A stretch of 64,000 nucleotides of DNA, from NCBI RefSeq assembly GCF_009914755.1, contig NC_060928.1. One strand, written 5' to 3'. Every line of letters starts with the position of its first letter. Within the stretch, counting starts at the first letter, position 1. Both the position numbers and the translations under genes were made by a program. Below are positions 1 to 12,084 of this stretch, one piece after another. The notes beneath the pieces were generated by a model. It had not been told where the DNA came from. It searched no databases and saw only the letters and a program-made list of their open reading frames with translations. The DNA is from the human T2T-CHM13v2.0 reference genome, Homo sapiens.

Positions 1-376
1 TAAAGCGTGAGCAAGTCATTTTTGTGTCTGTCTTATCTTTCAAAAATTCAAAGCCTTTTCTAATTTAGTTCTTGTTTTATATTTAAAGCTATTTGCAATA
101 CAACATTTTTATAAAATTTTGATTCTCAATTACAGCATAATACTTCATTTTAGGTTGATATCATCATTATGCTATAGTAAAGAGTTTGCAAATTTAAATT
201 AATTTATTGGCCTCAATATCTTTTAAATTTAAAATAAAAATTTATTATTATCTGGGATCAATTATCATCCTAGAAATAATGAGTTTACTTAAACAATATA
301 TATATGTACCTATGGTGGTGATGTAGCTGAGGACAGAGTTTAAATAAAGCCAGAGACAAACTTATAGATGCGGATA

Positions 377-448
377 GAGGAGAAAAAAAGACAGAGAGAG
401 AGAAGAAAAAGAAGGAGTTGGAGGAGGAGGAGGAGGAGGAAGAGGAGA
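377..448. repeat. Purine-rich low-complexity tract (GA/GAG repeats)
   Basis: agagagagagaag... followed by a (GAG)n run. Confidence 0.8.
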
Positions 449-679
449 TCAGACTTAATCGATATATCTAATATTTGAGCTGGACAGTTTACAGTATTGA
501 ATCACTCCAATACCCTAAATCTGAGAAAAATGCCTGTTTGTAATTTATAAAATGTCTCCATGTTATGTCCTAAATAATACTGTCATTCTGAGCACCACTA
601 ATTGAATCAGAAATTAACACCTGAACCAAAGAAAGCCATTCCTCATTTTCCCAATGGCCAATAGAGTAGATTGGGGAAA

Positions 680-900
680 AACAGTATTGAATAGTGTTTA
701 AATTCTATTTTGCTTCATTATTTACTAGCCACGTGACCTTGGCACTTTATTTAACTTCCTCGCAATTTACTTTTATTACCTCTAAAATAAGAAAAATATT
801 ATAAATGTCTAATAATTTTTTTATTAAGCAATAATTGAGATGCCATCTCTAAAAATTTAGAATCAGTAATAGCATATAATAAAACATTCCGTATTGCTTA
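680..900 (+). mobile_element. MIR SINE fragment, diverged
   Basis: tttactagccacgtgaccttggcactttatttaacttcctc...cctctaaaataag resembles the MIR core. Confidence 0.55.
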
Positions 901-1175
901 GTGACTAACAGACTTTTTCTTATTGAGGAAATAGATGCAAAAGGAGTTGCAAAGTGCAGTGGAAATTAGCAATATAGCAATGCAGACAGCAACACACAAA
1001 CACACACACTTACACATTCACAAAAAATGATCAAGATAATAGCAACTGTGAGGTAGCAATAATGATACCCTAAAGATTATTCATTTGGAAGAACTTAAGG
1101 TACTAAAAATAGAGGCCATATCTCATAAAGATTGATACCCTCTACCCCTAGTTATCAGCATGTCTTGGAAAGGTT

Positions 1176-1547
1176 CCCTCTCTTTCCTCTCCTCCCCTCC
1201 CATCCCCTCCCCTCCCCTCTCCTCCTCTCCTCCCCTTCCTTTTTCTTTCTTTCTTTCATTTTCAGGAAACAAGGTCTCTGTTGCCCAGTCTGGAGTGCAG
1301 CAACTGATCACAGCTCACTGTAGTCTCAAACTCCTGGGCTCAAGTTATCCTCACACCTCAGCCTCACAAGTAGTTAGGACTACAGGCATGCAACACCACG
1401 CCCAGTTTATTTTTTGTTTTTAAATTTTTGTAGAGGCAGAGTGTCACTATGTTGCCCAGCTTGATCACAAACTTTGAATCTTAATTGATCTTTCTGCCTT
1501 GGCCTCCAAAGTGCTGGGATTATAAGTGTGAACCAACATGTTCAGCC
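1176..1547 (-). mobile_element. AluJ-type SINE; A-tail decayed into a CT-rich tract (1176-1262)
   Basis: Reverse Alu body (ctcactgtagtctcaaactcctgggctcaag...ccaaagtgctgggattata); TSD-like tgga(a/g)aggtt at 1166-1175 and 1548-1557. Confidence 0.9.
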
Positions 1548-1822
1548 TGGAGAGGTTTTCTATACCCCTGAGCCTTGTAAGAGAGAAAATATCTTAGAAG
1601 ATATGGGATGTGAAAAAATAATACATCTTAAATTGTCATATATACATGCCTACTACAGGGATATCATTTGGGATAAGAGGGAAGAGGGGATTCTCAGTAC
1701 AGTGGAATGAATAGTCTCATCATCAGTATTAATAAGAATATCTCAGTTAAGATCTAACAATTTTAAGAAGACTAACAAACAAGTTTATTTTGTATTCATG
1801 TAGTGGTCCAGGCATGTTTGCC

Positions 1823-1825
<3 letters not shown>

Positions 1826-1869
<44 letters not shown>
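1826..1869. repeat. (TG)n microsatellite
   Basis: Long perfect GT dinucleotide run. Confidence 0.98.
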
Positions 1870-1870
<1 letters not shown>

Positions 1871-2169
1871 CATTCTCCAGTGGCTGGCTTTTTTCCAGGA
1901 AGTGATTGAAGGACACTTCTCTCCTTGGTTCTGCCCATGCCTATCATCATCTGCCTTAAGTTAGAAGACAGTAAAAAGGCAAGAAAGCAATGATTACTTC
2001 TTTACAACCCTGGTCTGAATAACACACAGCAAGTTTGCTCGTTTTGTCAGGGAATTTAAGGCTATAGCCATCGTGCAAGACAAGTGGGAGCCGACGAGAG
2101 AAGTGGAGGTTTATAGATTTTCATGGTGAAGCACCTCTCTTGCGACTAGAAGGCGAAGAGAAAGAATAT

Positions 2170-2350
2170 AGGCATTGGATTATATAAGAAAAGTTTTAAC
2201 TTATCTTTAGCAGGATTTTGCTGAAGTCACTGTAGTGTTTTGAGCAGAGGACTGGAGTGAAAGCTACATTTGTAAAAGTATCACTCTAAGGCTAAGTTGA
2301 GCACTAATTGTATGTGACAAAATTGGAAGGAGAAGATCAATCGGGATAAT
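2170..2350 (-). mobile_element. L2 LINE fragment
   Basis: gtcactgtagtgttttgagcagagg...aaaagtatcactctaaggct resembles L2 antisense. Confidence 0.5.
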
Positions 2351-2845
2351 TTTTTGTCCATTTCTTAATTTTCTAGTATTTCTTCTTTTGGATTTGTAGT
2401 AGTACTTTTACACTAAACAAAGAAGAGTTTTGACTTGATATAAGATAAAAATATGTTTATATTTAGCATTCATTTAATTTTCATTAGCTGAAGTTTTACT
2501 TGTTGAACATAAATATTATATTCCATGCCTGATTTTCATTTTGATTCCTTCAGTTTAGATATACAGGCTACTAAATAATTATGATCTCAGATCTATTTTA
2601 GCAAGAAGATGATATATCCCAGTTATACACAAAAAGAGTACAGTTCTGCTAAGGGGGACTTGCAAATATTTTACTTGTCTGATAAAAAGACAGACTAAAA
2701 GCCATTGCTTATTCCTTTCTCAGTTCTCTTAATAGCCACATGATGCCTGGAGTTGCAGCAGTTCTCTAACACCCTATGGATGAGGCAATGGAAAAATTGA
2801 GTCATGGATCCTTGATGGCATCTTTCAGTCACTGCTATTTTCTGA

Positions 2846-3164
<319 letters not shown>

Positions 3165-3255
3165 TAACCCTGCATTTCTAATAATATCTATTCATTCATT
3201 TAGCAAATATGTTACTGAGTACCTACAATGAGCTAGATACTAAGTAATTTGTATA

Positions 3256-3470
3256 CAGTCATCCCTTGGTATTTCTAAGGAATTCATTCCCAAACCCCTG
3301 CAGATCCCAAATCACAGGTGATCTTTTCTTTTATAAAATGAAATAGTATTAGCACATAATCTATGCACATCCTCCATATACTTTAAATCATTTCCAGATT
3401 ACTTACCATACCTAATACAATGCCTACATATCACTCCATTTATTGAATCCAACATAGTAAATGCCCAGAT
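3256..3470 (+). mobile_element. MER2/MER2B (Tigger-derived) DNA transposon fragment
   Basis: cagtcatcccttggtat...gcacatcctccatatactttaaatcatttccagattactt...cctaatacaatgcctac. Confidence 0.75.
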
Positions 3471-3605
3471 TGTCAAACTTTACTTCCAGTAGTATAAAAT
3501 ATATATTTTAAAAAATTATTAATTCATAATTTCTTATTATGAAAATAGTAGAGGCTGAATTTTTTTTCAATGGCACTCAATAGACCTCACTATAATTGCT
3601 CTTTA

Positions 3606-5480
3606 TTTTATTATTATTTTTCAATTTTTATTTTACTTTAAGTTCTGGGATACAAGTGCAGAACGTGTAGGTTTATTACATAAGTATATGTGTGCCACGG
3701 TGGTTTGTTGCATCTATCAACCCATCATCTAGGTTTTAAGCCTTGCATGCATTAGCTATTTGTCCTGTTGCTCTCCCTCCCTTCCAGCCCCCTGCCAGGC
3801 CCTGGTGTGTGTTGTTTCCCTTCCCTGTGTCCACATGTTCTCATTGTTCAGCTTCCACTTATGAATGAGAACATACGGTGTTTGGTTTTCTGTTCCTATG
3901 TTAATTCACTGAGGATAATGGCTTCCAGCTTCATCCATGTCCCTGCAAAGGACATGATCTCATTCATTTTTATGGCTACATAGTATTCCATGATGTATAT
4001 GTACCATATTTTATTTATCTAGTCTATCATTGATGGGCATTTGGCTCAGTTCCATGTCTTTGCTATTGTAAATAGTGCTTCAATAAACATACGTGTGCAT
4101 GTATCTTTATTGTAGAATGATTTATATTCCTTTGAGTATATACCCAGTAATGAGACTGCAGGGCCCAATGATGTTTCTGCCTCTAGGTCTTTCAGAAATC
4201 GCCACACTGTCTTCCACAATGGTTGAACTAATTTACATTCCCACCAACAGTGTAAAAACTTGCCTATTTCTCCACAGCCTTGCCAGCATCAGTTGTTTTT
4301 GGCCTTCTTAAGAAATACCATTCTGACTGACATGAGATGGTATCTCATTGTTTTCATTTGCATTTTTTCTAATGATCAGTGATGTTGAGCTATTTTTCAT
4401 ATTTTTTTGGCCACATAAATGTCTTCTTTTGAGAAGTGCCTGTTCATGTCCTTCGCCCACTGTAGGAAGAGGAAAAATTGGCCACACTAATGCCATTTAA
4501 AAAAATTTGCCTGTATCTATAAGAGGCAGAGGCATCAAAATTGAAAAGGTAAGCACCTTGTGTAAGATTTGGCTAAAAGCCCAGAAATTAACACACGTCC
4601 TGGAACACATACCTGGACACTGTTCCCAGAATGACTGTTCAAGTCCAGAAGCGCATTTTGGAGCACTGCTCCCAGAACACTGCTCCCGGAGCCACTGTTT
4701 CAATGTTGCTTGCTCGGCAAGTGCCCTCCTGAGCAAACAACAGAGGGCGCCCAAAGTAACAATTGATCTTAATAAACGGAGCTTACTTGAAGGAGGAGCT
4801 GAAGGCTGCTGTTGTCCTGTGCTGGGGATGCCCCAACTCCAATGGCAGGATCCCCAGCATCTGCCTTCTGACTCCGGTGATGACTCTTCCTGTGGTCTGA
4901 TAAGCTTCTGGTTATATTTTTGTTGAGATTTGGTTACATTTTGTCTTCTCTTGTTATAAGGCTGTTTTTGTTGTGATATTTGCTTAGAGTAACAAAGATT
5001 TAGTTTTTCCCTCCCTCCCACTTGAGTGCTCCACTCGTCCTTCCTACACAGTCTTGAAACACCCACTTTTTGATGGTGCTGGGAAAACTGGCTGCCATAT
5101 GCAGATAACTAAAACTGGACCCCTTCCTTGCATCTTATACAAAAAAAATAACTCAAGATGGATTAAAGACTTGAATGTAAAATCCAAAATTATAAAAATC
5201 CTAGAAGAAAACCTAGGCAATACCATTCAGGACATAGGCATGGGCAAAGATTTCATAACAAAAACTCCATAAGCAAATGCAACAAAACCTAAAATTGACA
5301 AATGGGATCTAATTAAACTAAAGAGCTTCTGCACAGCAGAAGAAACTGTCATCAGAGTGAACAGGCAACCTACAGGATGGGAGAAAATTTTTGCAATCTA
5401 CCCGCCTGACAAAGGTCTAATATCCAGAATCTACAAGTAACTTCAACAGATTTACAAGAATAAAACAAACAACCATATCA
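3606..5480 (-). mobile_element. 5'-inverted (twin-primed) L1PA8-PA10-like insertion: 3' part on minus (3606-4460, 5062-5076), inverted ORF2 part on plus (~5073-5480)
   Basis: Poly-T plus L1 3'UTR reverse; plus-strand ORF2 peptide [35 protein letters not shown]; perfect 15-bp TSD tataattgctcttta at 3591-3605 and 5481-5495. Confidence 0.93.
4461..5061. mobile_element. Solo LTR (601 bp) inserted in the L1; probably class III/ERVL-type, family not determined
   Basis: Starts TG, ends CA, flanked by exact 5-bp TSD cccac (4456-4460, 5062-5066); removing it restores L1 gcccactttttgatgg. Confidence 0.85.
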
Positions 5481-5778
5481 TATAATTGCTCTTTAAACCA
5501 ATGTTACAAAATGTAAACATAACTTATTAAAATATCACCATGGTTTCAATTTTCTAATTTTCATTTTTATCCATATTTCTCACTGATTTGTCTAACCATT
5601 TTTACTCCAGAAGAATATAATTACAGAATAAAATTTAATTACAGTACTTAATTATCACCACTTTGACTTGTACTGTCTAATGTATCTGTAAAGAGGGTTT
5701 ATTACTCTCCTTAGATTTTCCCTGGCTATTTTCCCTTAATTATTGTGTCGATGAAAACCAGTTTGTGATAAGTATATT

Positions 5779-5842
<64 letters not shown>

Positions 5843-5850
5843 TATATATA
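5779..5850. repeat. Compound (TG)n(TA)n(CA)n microsatellite
   Basis: Direct reading. Confidence 0.97.
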
Positions 5851-6001
5851 TTCTACTTATATTATTTAGAAGGTCATATGGAATGTGTAGATCTTTTAGA
5901 TATTCAGGGTATTAATGGTTTAATGATATTCAGTTTCTACTCATTGAGAAGGTTCTTTCCATGTATTCTTCTCGACAATGTATTAACTTTTTAATTTATT
6001 A

Positions 6002-8490
6002 TTCTTTTTTAAATTTCTTATTTTTATAGATTTATTGGGTACAAGTACAGTTTTGTCGCATGGATATATTGCATAGTGGTGAAGTCTGGGCTTTTAGTGT
6101 ACCCATCACGCAAATAGTGAACATTGTAATAGATGATTTTTCAAACCTCCCCCACTCCCCTTTTGGAGTGTCCAAGGTCTATTTTCCCACTCTATACATC
6201 CATATATACCCATTGTTTAGCTCCCACTTATAAGTGAGAGCATGTAGTATTCAACTTTCTGTGTCTGAGTTATTTCAGTTAGGATAATGGCCTCCATTTC
6301 TGTCCATGTTACTACAAAATGCATGATATCATTCTTCTCTATGTCTTTATGGCAGAGTAGTATTCCATTATGTACATATAATGGAATACACACGTAAACA
6401 TACATACCTTATATATACACATATATATGTGTACACAGATACACATATAAATACAGAGATATGTAGATATAGGTATACACAGATATATAGATACATATAT
6501 ATGCATATATATATAAAGACACATGTATACATATATGGACACACACATACATATATATATACACACACAATTTTATAGATACACATATATGGAGAGATAG
6601 CTTATATGTATATATATTCATAGTAGTCAGATTGCTGGATTGAATGGTAGTTCTATTTTTAGTTCTTTGAGAAACCTTCATATCATTTTCCATAAATTGT
6701 ACTAATTTACATTTCTACCAACAATATGTAAGAGTTTACTTTTCTCTACATCCTCAATAACATCTCTTGTTTTTTGACTTTTTAATAATAGCCCGGTATA
6801 AAATAGTATCTTACATATGGTATAAATGACTGCCACAATGGTATCTCACTTTGGTTTTAATCTGCATTCCCCTGATTATTAGTGATGTTTAACATTTTTT
6901 CATATGTTTGTTGGCTGCCTGCTTGTCCTCTTTCAAAAAATATCTATTCATGTTCTTTGCTTACTTTTTAATTGAGTTACAAATTTTTTCTCATTGAGCT
7001 GTTGAAGTTTTTTTTAGATTCTGGATATTAGCACTTTGTCAGTTGCATATTTTACATTTTCTCTTATTCTGTATGTTGTCTATTTACTATATTGGTTATT
7101 TATTTTTCTGTGAGAAGCTTTTTAGTTTAAGTAAGGCTCATTTGTCTATGTATTTTAATGTTCACTTTTGAGGACCTAGTCATAAATTCTTTGTGTAGAC
7201 CAATGTCCAGAAGACTTTTTCCTAGGTTTCTTTTAGGATGTTTAGGGTTTTAGGTCTTAAATATAAGTCTTTAATCCATCTTGAGTTAATTTTTGTTTAG
7301 GGTGAGAGATATGGGTCTAGTTTCATGCTTCTGCTTATGGCTATTCAAATTTTTCCAGCACCATTTATTGAATAGGGTGTCTTTTTGCTAGTATATCCAA
7401 CAGCATATTAAAAAGACAACACACCATGATCAAGTTGGTTTTATTCCAGCAATTCATGGATGGTTCAGCATATGTAAATCAACACATGTGATTAACCACA
7501 TAAAACAAAAACCATTTGATCATCTCAATAGATACAGAAAAACATTTGATAATAAAATCTAGCATCCTTTCTTAGTAAAAACCCTCAACAAAATAGTCAT
7601 CAAAGAACATATCTCAAAATAATAAAAGTCATATATAACAAACCCACAATCAATATCATATTGAACAGTGGAACACTGAAAGCATTCCCAGTAAGAATTA
7701 GAACAAGACAAGTATGCTCACTTTCATGACTCCTATTCAACAAAATACTGAAAGTCCTAGGCAGAGCAATTAGGCAAGAGAAATAATTAAAAGGCATCCA
7801 TATTAAAAAGGAGGAAGTCAAAATATCTCTGTTCACTGATGATATAATCTTATGCCTGGAACACTCAAGACTCCTCCAAAAGAATCCTAGATTTGATAAA
7901 TGATGTCAGTAAAGTTTCAGGATGCAAAGTTGATGTGCAAAAATTAGTAGCATTTCTAAATACCCATAATGTTGAAGCTTAGAACCACATCAAGAACTCA
8001 ATCCAATTTACAGTAAGAAAAAATAAAATAAAATAGCTAGGAATATACTTAACCAAGGAGGTAAAAGATCTCTACAAGAAGAACTACAAAACACTGATGG
8101 AAGAAATTGCATAATAGATGACATGAACATGTAGAAAAACATCCTATGCCCATGGATTGGAAGAATCAATATAATTAAGGTTACCATACTGCCCAAAGCA
8201 ATCTACAGATGTAATGTAATTCTTATCAAATTAGCAATGTCATTTTTCAGAGAATTAGAAAAAATAATTCTAAAATTCATATGGAACCCTCCCCCCCCAA
8301 AGAAAGCCCAACTAGCCAAAGCAATCCTAAGCAAAAGATTAAAGCTGGAAGCATCACATTAAGGGTACAGTAACCCAAACAACATGGTTCTGGTATAAAA
8401 ATAGACACATGAGGATATGGAATAAGAATAGAGAACCCAGAAACAAAGCCACTTACTTACAACCAACTGATCTTTGACAAAGTCGACAAA
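6002..8490 (-). mobile_element. Second 5'-inverted L1 (L1PB/L1MA-age): 3' part on minus (~6002-7396), RT-region part on plus (~7395-8490)
   Basis: Reverse 3'UTR ggtacaagtacagttttg...gtggtgaagtctgggcttttagtgtacc; strand switch at ...gtatat|ccaacagcatattaaaaag...ccatgatcaag; plus part ends ctgatctttgacaaagtcgacaaa, contiguous in L1 with where the minus part stops. Confidence 0.88.
6390..6620. repeat. TA/CA-rich low-complexity filler inside the L1 3' region
   Basis: Degenerate (TA/CA/GA) repeats replacing L1 sequence. Confidence 0.9.
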
Positions 8491-8749
8491 ATTTTTTTTT
8501 CAATACTAACGTTTATACTTGTTATTAAATTTGTGGCTGAAATTTTATTATTTGCGCTTTTAATACTGCATGTAATCTTTTATTCCGTTTCATTTTCAAA
8601 CTGGACATTGTTTTCTGTAGGTATACTTTTCCTATAAAATATTAACTTGGAACATAGTAATCTATTAAATTATAATTTATAAAATGTTTAAGTTAATCAC
8701 ATTAAGCTTTCAAGGTAATCAAATTTACCTTTCAAGTAATAAACATTTT

Positions 8750-9340
8750 ACTATATCCTTTCCCATATTGATACCTTTCTTTATTCTCATTTCTAATTAT
8801 AGTAGCTACCGTCTCCTAAACAATGTTACATAATAATGTCAATCATGGGGATCTATTTTATTTCTATTTTAGAAAGGATAATTTCTGCTATTGTTTCATT
8901 ACTTTGAAGTTGGCTTTTTGGCCAACTCTTTTTTATCTATTTCTATATATTCCAAGAATTTAAAAAATTATCCATTTATTCCAAATCTTATAATATTTAA
9001 TATTATTTTGCATTTTATAAAATGCTTTTCAGCATTTGTAGAAAGAATTATATATTTAATCTGATTATTTAATTGATCATAAAAATGCATTTCTAATCTT
9101 GTATTCTTGGTAGGATATTTACTTGATTGCTGTGCACTATTATTTTTTAAGTTAATGTGAATTATTTTTGTTACGACTTTATTTAGAATTTTTGAATTAT
9201 TATTCAAAACCTGAGTTAGTTTAACTAAAGAAACTTCTTCGTGATATCTTCATTTGGACATAAAGCTATCTGTCTTTTAAAAAATTAGAAATATTTTCCC
9301 CCTTTCCTCAGTTTTCTATGTTTTTTTAATTTTAAAGGTA
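8750..9340 (-). mobile_element. Ancient L1M (L1ME-like) ORF2 RT remnant; probably continues ~10741-11140
   Basis: ORF 8968-9207 SKILNKVV...IILSTNAEKHFIK aligns to L1 AKILNKIL...[12 protein letters not shown]. Confidence 0.7.
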
Positions 9341-9388
9341 TTTGAAGTTGGGGAGGCCAAGGCTCTTGACCCCTAAAAGATTTGTTTC

Positions 9389-9839
9389 TGTACTGAATGG
9401 GGTACTTACTTCTACAACCAGTTACAGGGAGGAGGTTGGAGTAACTCACCAGATCAACTCAAAGCTATAAGTTTTTCTCCAGTGCTTATTCAAATTCAAA
9501 CCATATTTCTATGTGTGGAGTACACCTGCAAGCTGAAGTGTTTCCCTCTTTCTAATCTTTAAGTAGGGTCTGGAGTCTGGAAAACTACTTCAGAGCCTAA
9601 GAACAATTACTTTATCTGAAGTAAGTCCTGGTACAAGGTGTGCAATATTATTTTAATTAAAGTCTAAGGTCTGAGAAAGCCCAGACGGGGTCTTAATGGA
9701 CTTATTTTTACATTCTAGCCTTTGTTCTAAGGCACCAGTTTCTCCAGTTCTTTAATGTTTAATTTATACATTCATCAGAGTTACAGTAAGGTGTTGGTGA
9801 AGGCTGCTCTGGTTGCTAATGGAGACCTGACCTGCCACA
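9389..9839 (-). mobile_element. LTR47-like ERVL LTR nested in the MER39-like LTR
   Basis: Right end reverse-complements to TGTGGCAGGTCAGGTCTCCATTAGCAACCAG; ~450 bp. Confidence 0.7.
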
Positions 9840-10140
9840 GGTTTTCCAAAAATTACTGGCATGGGGCAGATTGATTAATAGGAGAAAGGACATACACATT
9901 TATTTAATGCATATACACTGGAGCCTTCGGAATGAAGATTCAACCTCCCAGTGAGGTACAGAAACTTACACACTATGTAAGCTCACAGGTTAAAGAAAGA
10001 ATGGCAGTTTGGATCCTGTTAAATTGGGTTATGGGAGGAGGGAGAAACAGAATTATATTGAGGGGCAATAAATGATTACTTTGATGAATGACTGGATCAG
10101 TAAACAGAAATTAACTTGTAAATAGTTCTCTTTGGAATTT

Positions 10141-10452
10141 ATTTATTTGTTTACTTTTTTAATCAATGGGGTCTTGCTCTACTTCCCTTGGTTGGAATAC
10201 AGTGGTTCAGTCATAGCTCCCTGTGGCCTCCAACCACTGGGCTTAAATGATCCTTCTGCCTCAGCCTCTTGAGTAGCTGGGACTCCAGGCACACACCATT
10301 GCACTTGGCTAGTTTATTATTATTTTTATTTTTATTTTTGTAGAGACTGGATCTTGCTATCTTGCCCAAGCTGGACTTGAACTCCTGGCTTCAAATAGTC
10401 CTCCCACCTAAGTCTTCCAAAGTGCTGGGAGTACAGTTGTGACCCTCCTGGC
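10141..10452 (-). mobile_element. AluJ-type SINE
   Basis: Diverged reverse Alu; TSD-like tctctttggaattt / tctcttttggattt on both sides. Confidence 0.9.
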
Positions 10453-11142
10453 CTCTCTTTTGGATTTAAGTGATCCTTGGAGACAGTCATAATCTTGTAA
10501 AAGGATCTATTCAGATGTGGTTACATTCTTGGTCTCATTTTCTGTAATAGATAATGATATAACAGGGAGGGGAAGACAACTCAATTGTTCTTCTTGGTGG
10601 GTGTAAATCTTAGGCAGATAAAGAAACTTCAACTTTTGTGGGAGAGAGGGGAGAGAAGAGGCATCAGAGAAACCCTGATGCTTCTTTAGTTCATTTTGTC
10701 AAATGCTGTATTTCAGGATAATGGTTTCTGAGCCCCAACAGAGTATGCATATTTTAAATATTTGGAGTATATGTATTTTCATTGTCATTGATAGAGCTAT
10801 TTGAAATAGGTAGCTTTTTAAAAATGATATAGCTCTTTATAAATATTCATATGTTCTATAGATACTTTGGGGCTTTCCAACTCTTATGGCATCATTTTAG
10901 GTCATTTCTATTTTCCTAGAAAATTATTTGTATAGCATTAATCACAGTAATCTTCTAATTCTCTTCACTCCTTCTGGTTCTGAGATTATTTTCTTATTGC
11001 TCTTTGGTTTTCTCCCATGAATCTTTTTGAACTTAATTATTTGTGTTAATTTTAAAAACATATTTGTTATGTATAAAGAAAAACTCTTTAATTTTATTAT
11101 TACTAGTATTTGTGTTGCAGCTTTCCTACTTCCAGTGCTTGG

Positions 11143-11899
11143 TGAGTGGGAGGAAGTGGCACCCAATGGCTTCTCCACTCCCATAGTTCTGTGAGTGAAA
11201 ATAAGTGTTACAGCTCTTTTACTCCCACTGCCCATAGTTCAGTGAGCTGGAGCACTACAGTTCTTGTGCTCCTGGAGTTTGGCGAGTTCTGGTTTCTTGT
11301 CCCACAACCAAGAAGAATAAGTCACACAGACACCAGAGGCCAGAGGGTGAACAAGGCAGAGTAACAGAAAAAGCTCTCAGCAGAGAGGGAAGAGGTTTGC
11401 CTGCTGATGGGCTGAGTTCAGGATTTTTACAGACTGGGAAGGACAGGGAGTGTGCAGACGGGTCCGTGGGCCATTTTGGATAAAGGACGATTCAGAAAGA
11501 GAAATGTAAATGTAAAGAACCAATTGGAGGCAGAAGTGAAGACTTGGCTTGAAACCAATCAGGGGATGGAGTGACATTTCATTCTATGCAAATGAAGACT
11601 CACCTGGCAGCCAATCACAGAAAGATAGGTATATGTAAAACAGGTGGAAGGTAAGAGCCAATAGGGAGGAAGTGCACACAATGGGATAAAGACATGCTGA
11701 GGGGAGAGAAACATGCCCAAAACAGGAGTGAAGTTTGTTCATCTGGGCTCACAGAGTGGGTGTTTGCATTTATGGATGTGGGCTTTTGCTTATATGGTGC
11801 CTGTAGTTTGATTTTCAGGCTGTTGTTGGTTTGGAGGAGTTCTAATGAGGACCCGCCCTAACTGCCTGCCTAACTGGTTTCTTTCTTCTTCCTCTCTCA
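11143..11899 (-). mobile_element. MER50-type ERV1 solo LTR
   Basis: Reverse start TGAGAGAGGAAGAAGAAAGAAACCAGTTAGGCAGGCAGTTAGGGCGGGTCC; TG...CA; 4-bp flanks ttgg/ttag. Confidence 0.82.
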
Positions 11900-12084
11900 T
11901 TAGCATTTTCTTTATTTAAATCTTTGAAAAATTTGTTGCCAACAAAATTACCATATATTTTAATAAAATAATCAGTATGCAATGATTTGTCTGTTTGTTA
12001 TTATGTTTGTATTGCTTGATATGTCTAGGATTTAAAATTTCAATTTTCTTTAACAGTGTGAAAATGGACTAATGCACTCAATCT

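Larger units (their letters stand above)
9343..10740 (-). mobile_element. ERV1 MER4-group LTR (MER39/LTR48-like), interrupted twice
   Basis: Right end reverse-complements to TGTTGGGGCTCAGAAACC...GAACTAAAGAAGC, the MER34/MER39-type LTR start. Confidence 0.75.

Noticed and set aside
4461-5061. Cellular or viral RNA captured during L1 twin priming
   Set aside because: TG...CA ends with a 5-bp TSD inside continuous L1 sequence indicate a later integrase-type insertion
6339-6693. Cys/Tyr/Ile-rich ORFs
   Set aside because: Translations of dinucleotide low-complexity DNA
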